NCBI GenBank assembly: GCA_965219535.1
Contig: CBDCNV010000001.1
Location: forward strand, 1,980,001-2,012,000
Length of the DNA stretch: 32,000 nt
Reading direction: 5' to 3'
Source: Opitutales bacterium
GTDB taxonomy: Bacteria > Verrucomicrobiota > Verrucomicrobiia > Opitutales > PNEW01
Shown: in pieces, positions 27,483 through 32,000 of the stretch
Layout of the letters: each line of letters opens with the position of its first letter
Position numbering within the stretch: the stretch's first letter is position 1
Translations under genes and position numbers: made by a program
The notes under the pieces: model-generated
What the model saw: only the letters and a program-made list of their open reading frames with translations
What the model was told of the DNA's origin: nothing
Databases searched by the model: none

Positions 27483-27800
27483 TTAATTGAAAGATTTTCC
27501 ACACCCACAAGTTGTTTGTGCGTTGGGGTTATGGATCTCAAAACCTTTCCCATTTAATCCGTCATCGAAATCAACACGGCACCCATCTAGATGGACCATG
27601 CTCTTGGGGTCTATGATGAACTTGATCTCCTGACTTTCTTCTACAACATCATCATCCTTTATATCATCAAAAGACATGCCATATTCCAAGCCAGAACATC
27701 CACCCGTCTCCACAAACAAGCGAAGGTATTTACTGTCATCAGCAATTTCTGATCTTAATTGCTGGATGCGGGTAGCTGCATTTTCTGTCAATATAATCAT
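27483..27800 (-). CDS. A-type iron-sulfur cluster carrier (HesB/IscA/ErpA family)
   Basis: Contains GGCSGLEYGM and the C-terminal CGCGKSF motif. The start is set at the Met at 27800 (MIILTENAA...), giving about 105 aa as is usual for the family. The 149-aa ORF-track version has a non-conserved extension. Confidence 0.85.
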   Translation of the reverse strand: MIILTENAATRIQQLRSEIADDSKYLRLFVETGGCSGLEYGMSFDDIKDDDVVEESQEIKFIIDPKSMVHLDGCRVDFDDGLNGKGFEIHNPNAQTTCGCGKSFN

Positions 27801-27845
27801 ATAATGAAAACCAATCGACAAATGCGATTTTGTCAATTCATGAAA

Positions 27846-27874
27846 TTGTTCATCAAAATTGCCAGTTATATAAT
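27846..27874 (+). promoter_or_regulatory. Candidate sigma-70-type promoter for the kinase-rpoN unit (TTGTTC-N17-TATAAT)
   Basis: TTGTTC lies at 27846..27851 and a perfect TATAAT at 27869..27874, separated by 17 nt, about 70 nt upstream of the kinase start. This is a pattern match in AT-rich DNA only. Confidence 0.35.
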
Positions 27875-27945
27875 TGTGTGTTTTTATAGAGAGAGAATAT
27901 TTTCGAATTGGTATGGCATTAGCCACTTGCAAATAAAATCAAAGG

Positions 27946-28944
27946 TTGTTTTATAGTAATACCGTGTCGCGCTTAAAACATCTATTAAATGAAATAAACT
28001 ATAAACTCGTTCGCCGTTTGGCAGAGGGCGGTATGGGTATGGTTTATGAAGGACAACAACATGGAATAGATAAATTTTCCAAAACAGTGGCGATCAAGTT
28101 AATCCGTGAAGAGTATTCTAAGATTAAAGAATTCCGCAGTAATTTTATAGGAGAAGCCAAATTAGTTGCAGATCTTATCCATACCAATATCGTTCAAACC
28201 TATCACCTGGGAGAAATTGATGGTCAGTATTTCATCGTCATGGAATATGTAAATGGCATCAATCTTGAAGAGTTTCATTTTAAACATTTAGCATTAGGCC
28301 TTCCCGTTCCTGTGGATTTAGCAGTATTTATTGTCTCACGGGTATGTCGGGGGCTGGCCTACGCGCACTCAAAATGTGACAAGGAAGGCCGACTTCTCAA
28401 CATCGTTCACCGAGACGTCAATCCTAAGAATATTATGCTGGCTTATGAAGGAGATGTAAAGCTGACTGATTTCGGAATCGCTAAAGCGCTTGATCTCATG
28501 TACAATGTTGAAGGCGAAGTCATTGCAGGGAAAGATGAATACCTATCTCCGGAACAGGCAAAGCGAGAGGTTACGGATGCCAGAGCCGATCTTTTTTCAT
28601 GCGGGATCGTTTTAGCTGAATTATTACTCGATAAAAATATTTTTGAAGAAGATAACCCGAAGTTGACACGCCGTAATATTCTCAAAATGCAAATACCGGA
28701 TTTCACTCAATTACGGCCCGAAATCGATTCCAAACTTAATGACATCCTTCACAAAACTTTCCAGCGTAATCGAGATGACAGATATCAAAGTGCCGCAGAA
28801 TTACTTACCGCGTTAGAAGTTTATCTTTATAGTGATGGATATGGGCCGACTAATGAAAAATTGGCAGATTACGTGCAAGATATTTTCGATAAAAAACAGT
28901 CTGAACCTTTGGCCCATCAATCAACGAGCCAGTCTTCTTCTTAA
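27946..28944 (+). CDS. Hanks-type Ser/Thr protein kinase, catalytic domain only
   Basis: Contains the Gly loop [15 protein letters not shown] Lys, alphaC Glu (GEAKL), the catalytic loop [11 protein letters not shown] (LTDFGIAK), SPE (YLSPEQ), DLFSCG and a subdomain XI Arg. No TM or sensor domain is present. The start is a TTG at 27946, and a GTG at 27964 is also possible. Confidence 0.85.
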   Translation: MFYSNTVSRLKHLLNEINYKLVRRLAEGGMGMVYEGQQHGIDKFSKTVAIKLIREEYSKIKEFRSNFIGEAKLVADLIHTNIVQTYHLGEIDGQYFIVMEYVNGINLEEFHFKHLALGLPVPVDLAVFIVSRVCRGLAYAHSKCDKEGRLLNIVHRDVNPKNIMLAYEGDVKLTDFGIAKALDLMYNVEGEVIAGKDEYLSPEQAKREVTDARADLFSCGIVLAELLLDKNIFEEDNPKLTRRNILKMQIPDFTQLRPEIDSKLNDILHKTFQRNRDDRYQSAAELLTALEVYLYSDGYGPTNEKLADYVQDIFDKKQSEPLAHQSTSQSSS

Positions 28945-28977
28945 AAATAAACGCAGATCGTATAGTTGAATTTATTA

Positions 28978-30417
28978 ATGAGTGCGCAAGGATTCCATCA
29001 AGTTCAGAAACAGACGCAAAATCTGGTCTTAGCTCCGCAATTGCGGCAGTCGCTCAAGATATTGCAGGTCCCCGCACTCGACTTGCGCAATGTTATCGTA
29101 GAAGAATTACAAAGTAATCCCGCACTTGAAGAATTGCCAATTGAAGGGATCAGTATTGAAGAGTCTAATAGCACGAGTGAAGATAGCGAGAATGATTCCT
29201 CTAAAGAGGAATTGGAATTTAGTGATGACTTTAAAGTCTTGAATCAAATGGAGGAAGACTGGGCTGAATTATATACCCAGGATGGAGGTAGTTATTCTTC
29301 GGAAGCAGCTGATCGTCGCCAGCATCTGTTTGATTCGCTCACGAGCGAGACATCACTTCAAGAGTATCTCATCCGTCAAGCGGAGCTTTCTGACGCATCT
29401 GAAGAAATAATGAAAGCATTAGAGTATCTTGTCGGCAGCCTTGATGATCATGGCTTTCTCACCATTGCAATTCCTGAAATTGCACTCATGTCGGAACTCC
29501 CGTTAAGCACCATACAAGAGGCGCATAAGCTGCTTAAAACTCTCGATCCTCCAGGTATAGGAAGTGTCGATCTGCAAGAATGCCTTCTCATACAGCTCAA
29601 AATTCAAGGCAAAGAAGAGGGCGTTGCCGCTGATATTATAAAAAAACATTTCGAGCTCCTTTTACGCCGCCGTATTCCAGAAATTGCACGGAAAATTAAT
29701 GTGAGCATTGAAATTATTGAAAATGCAATTGAAGAAATCGCATCACTTGACCCCTCACCCGGTCGCCGGTTTAGCGATGATAATAATCGAGTCGTTGTTC
29801 CCGACGTAAAAGTTGAAAAAGTTGGTGATTCGTGGACGGTGGTGATGAATAATGACTATATCCCCAGACTCAGACTAAGTTCAACCTACAAGGATCTTAT
29901 TGCGAAAGGAAAACTGTCAGCCACCGAAAAAGTGTATATCCAGGATAAAGTTCGATCAGGGAAATTTCTGATAAGTTCAATCGAACAGAGGCAGCAGACA
30001 ATAGAGCGAATAACACGAGAAATACTTAAATTCCAAAATGATTTCTTTGAAAAAGGAGTATCTCATCTGAGGCCGCTGACGATGAGCCAGGTAGCTGATG
30101 CGGTAGGGGTTCATGAAACCACGGTTAGTCGAGCTATCGCAAATAAATACATCGATACACCCCACGGTGTTTTGCCTTTTAAATACTTTTTTACCTCCGG
30201 CTACCAGGCAGATGGTGGCGAAGCGATTTCTAATACCAGTATTAAAGAACGGATCGCGCATTTAATCCATACTGAAAACTCGTCCAAACCTTATAGTGAC
30301 CAGGAAGTCGTGAAAATACTAGCTGAGCGGGATATCAAAATAGCCCGACGGACGGTGGCTAAATACCGGGAAGAATTGGGTATTCCCGCCACCAATCTTC
30401 GCCGAAGGTATTCTTAA
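28978..30417 (+). CDS. rpoN: RNA polymerase sigma-54 factor
   Basis: Region I is Gln/Leu-rich (LAPQLRQSLKILQ). An acidic region II follows, then the region III HTH (MSQVADAVGVHETTVSRAIANKYI) and the RpoN box (ARRTVAKYREELGIP). The start is set at the ATG at 28978; the ORF track began at a TTG at 28966. Confidence 0.95.
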   Translation: MSAQGFHQVQKQTQNLVLAPQLRQSLKILQVPALDLRNVIVEELQSNPALEELPIEGISIEESNSTSEDSENDSSKEELEFSDDFKVLNQMEEDWAELYTQDGGSYSSEAADRRQHLFDSLTSETSLQEYLIRQAELSDASEEIMKALEYLVGSLDDHGFLTIAIPEIALMSELPLSTIQEAHKLLKTLDPPGIGSVDLQECLLIQLKIQGKEEGVAADIIKKHFELLLRRRIPEIARKINVSIEIIENAIEEIASLDPSPGRRFSDDNNRVVVPDVKVEKVGDSWTVVMNNDYIPRLRLSSTYKDLIAKGKLSATEKVYIQDKVRSGKFLISSIEQRQQTIERITREILKFQNDFFEKGVSHLRPLTMSQVADAVGVHETTVSRAIANKYIDTPHGVLPFKYFFTSGYQADGGEAISNTSIKERIAHLIHTENSSKPYSDQEVVKILAERDIKIARRTVAKYREELGIPATNLRRRYS

Positions 30418-30432
30418 TCCCCACGTGTTTAT

Positions 30433-30954
30433 TTACGGTGAAGGATTAAGCGAATGGTGCTCTTCCAAATGAGCTATCGCTTTTTCACCAAAATAAGCTA
30501 TCCTGAATGAATCGAGATGCTCACGGATTTTCGTTACATGGGTGATATCAGTCGTTTGCTTGCATTTCATCGCGTGAACAAGCATTTTATGTAAGAGGAC
30601 AAGCTTATTATTATAAGCTTCTCTGTCCTCAACATTGTCGCTCGTCACGGGTTTAACTCTTTGATACATGAAATACTGGGTGACGATGTCTTGAATTTTA
30701 TTAGCGTGGATCTCCTTATTATTTACCCAACGCACTAATTGATTATAATTTCCTTCACCTTCTGATGAAAGGCTAATAATTTTTGCCATTGATTTCTCAA
30801 CCGTCTGACAGTTTTCCTCAATCATATCGAACCGCATTGCGTCTCCATAGATGCCGCAAGGTATCTCGCAGTGGGCGGACGCATCGGGTGCAAACGTTCC
30901 CAAAGATAGTATCATTAATAACACTAAGATTTTATAATTCATTAACATCTTCAT
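30433..30954 (-). CDS. sodN: Nickel superoxide dismutase precursor with a signal-peptide-like leader
   Basis: The Ni-hook motif HCEIPCGIY (HCxxPCGxY) lies directly after the leader MKMLMNYKILVLLMILSLGTFAPDASA. The start is set at the ATG at 30954, preceded by AGGAGTAAT. The longer ORF to 31020 would overlap the divergent tsaB-like gene. Confidence 0.85.
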   Translation of the reverse strand: MKMLMNYKILVLLMILSLGTFAPDASAHCEIPCGIYGDAMRFDMIEENCQTVEKSMAKIISLSSEGEGNYNQLVRWVNNKEIHANKIQDIVTQYFMYQRVKPVTSDNVEDREAYNNKLVLLHKMLVHAMKCKQTTDITHVTKIREHLDSFRIAYFGEKAIAHLEEHHSLNPSP

Positions 30955-31013
30955 ATTACTCCTAATTGAGTTATAATCTTTAACCCATAGATAAAGGAGA
31001 ATTTGCAGAGAAA

Positions 31014-31700
31014 ATGTCAACTGCGATTAAGCAATCACTCTCTACTCAGAATCTGCTCTTATTGGACGCAAGCACTTCAATTGTTCAGACTGGATTTTTG
31101 CGCGATGGTAACTGGCTGGCCTTTTATGAGAATAAAAATGAATCATTAAACGCAATTTTTAAGGATACGAGTAAATGTTTAAAAGAGGCCCAATCTGATA
31201 TAAATGCAATAGATGGATTTCTGATTTGTGAAGGACCGGGTTCAATTTTAGGTCTCCGGCTAGTACTTATGGCCGTTAAAACGTGGCGCTCTACCCTCTC
31301 CCCGCGACGATCGAGCGTCTATCTCTATCGAAGTCTTGAGATCGCAGCACAATTACTTTTATTACAAGATATTGAACCACCTTTACATTTCATTTCATAT
31401 TCCAAAAAAGACATTTGGAATTTACTCACCGTTGATAAAGATCGTAGTTTTCAAAACCTGGAACAGGTTAACGTCCAATCTTTAAAAAAGGTGTCTGGCC
31501 CTCTATGGTATATTCGCCAGCGTGAAAAGGAGTACCCACCTCCACTTCCGGTTAATGAATTTAAATATTCTCTCAAAACACTGCCTCTACTTCTCAGCCA
31601 ACCGTCATTTTTTCACGAAGTCGATGATATGAATGAAATTAATCCTGGTAAATCTGAATTTTTAAAGTGGCAGGTCCAACGCCATCGTAAAAGTACTTAA
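31014..31700 (+). CDS. tsaB: TsaB (YeaZ)-like tRNA t6A biosynthesis protein / M22 peptidase homolog
   Basis: Contains LLLLDASTS (ASKHA phosphate-1-like) and [26 protein letters not shown], which resembles the TsaB motif GPGSFTGLRIG. The sequence is divergent, so the assignment is moderate. Confidence 0.55.
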   Translation: MSTAIKQSLSTQNLLLLDASTSIVQTGFLRDGNWLAFYENKNESLNAIFKDTSKCLKEAQSDINAIDGFLICEGPGSILGLRLVLMAVKTWRSTLSPRRSSVYLYRSLEIAAQLLLLQDIEPPLHFISYSKKDIWNLLTVDKDRSFQNLEQVNVQSLKKVSGPLWYIRQREKEYPPPLPVNEFKYSLKTLPLLLSQPSFFHEVDDMNEINPGKSEFLKWQVQRHRKST

Positions 31701-31714
31701 TTGGATTTTATTGG

Positions 31715-32000
31715 ATGCCAAAATCAATTGTATTAGAACCACAGCAGCGTTGCTGGGCGGAAATTGATCTCTCGGCATTAGAGCGTAATCTAAAGCTTAT
31801 ACGTTCTGCACTGCCCGCACATATTCAATATGTCGCGGTAGTAAAAGCCGACGCTTACGGTCATGGTATGGCACAGACGGTCACCCGTCTCATGCATTGC
31901 GGTGCTGATCTTTTTGCCGTAGCTAATGTTCTCGAAGGAGCAGCAATACGGGAAATTGGCTCTGGTTGGCCAATATTAGTATTAAGTTCTATCCTTCCCG
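31715..32000 (+). CDS. alr: Alanine racemase, N-terminal fragment (continues past window end)
   Basis: Manual translation from the ATG at 31715 gives [54 protein letters not shown]... This contains the PLP-Lys motif [10 protein letters not shown]. The ORF stays open to the window edge and is therefore absent from the ORF track. Confidence 0.85.
   Translation, partial: MPKSIVLEPQQRCWAEIDLSALERNLKLIRSALPAHIQYVAVVKADAYGHGMAQTVTRLMHCGADLFAVANVLEGAAIREIGSGWPILVLSSILP

Noticed and set aside
27914-27931. Sigma-54-like promoter element TGGCAT-N7-TTGCA just upstream of the kinase-rpoN genes
   Set aside because: The GG (27915-16) to GC (27929-30) spacing is 14 nt, whereas canonical -24/-12 promoters (TGGCACG-N4-TTGCW) need 12 nt and the spacing is strict. 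The element also sits only about 15 nt from the putative start codon.
1-32000. CRISPR arrays, rRNA genes, prophage or defence-island gene clusters
   Set aside because: No regularly spaced direct repeats, no rRNA-like sequence and no phage, integrase, restriction or toxin-like ORFs were seen. Apart from the IS element, the window is ordinary core-genome content.

Overview
Chromosomal window of moderately low GC content. It is mostly housekeeping genes, with a GC-richer IS3-family (IS407-like) insertion sequence cut by the left edge. Gene content (sigma-54, an Rsb/Syp-like partner-switching module, Ni-SOD, MurJ) suggests a Gram-negative, possibly PVC/Verrucomicrobia-like marine bacterium, but this cannot be confirmed without a database search. 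In order, the window holds: the IS element; an HD-domain protein; comM/yifB; a five-gene peptide/nickel-family ABC importer; a BASS transporter; murJ; a STAS protein plus a REC-PP2C-RsbW-like fusion; gmhA; cca; a 560-aa orphan; tRNA-Leu(GAG); pyrD; an acidic AT-hook protein; a Wza-like export protein; hemB; cysS; thrS; an mnmM-like methyltransferase; dapF; an A-type Fe-S carrier; a Hanks kinase followed by rpoN; sodN; a tsaB-like gene; and the 5' part of alr. The strongest novel signal is in the 230-nt cysS-thrS spacer. It holds a 26-codon ORF with seven consecutive Thr codons, followed by mutually exclusive antiterminator and terminator helices just upstream of thrS. This looks like a classical ribosome-mediated attenuator attached to the threonyl-tRNA synthetase gene. 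Secondary points are a domain-permuted SypE-like regulator with its STAS partner, a Ni-SOD whose pro-peptide looks like a Sec signal peptide, a soluble Ser/Thr kinase apparently co-transcribed with rpoN, and two orphan proteins. No CRISPR array, rRNA or prophage was seen.
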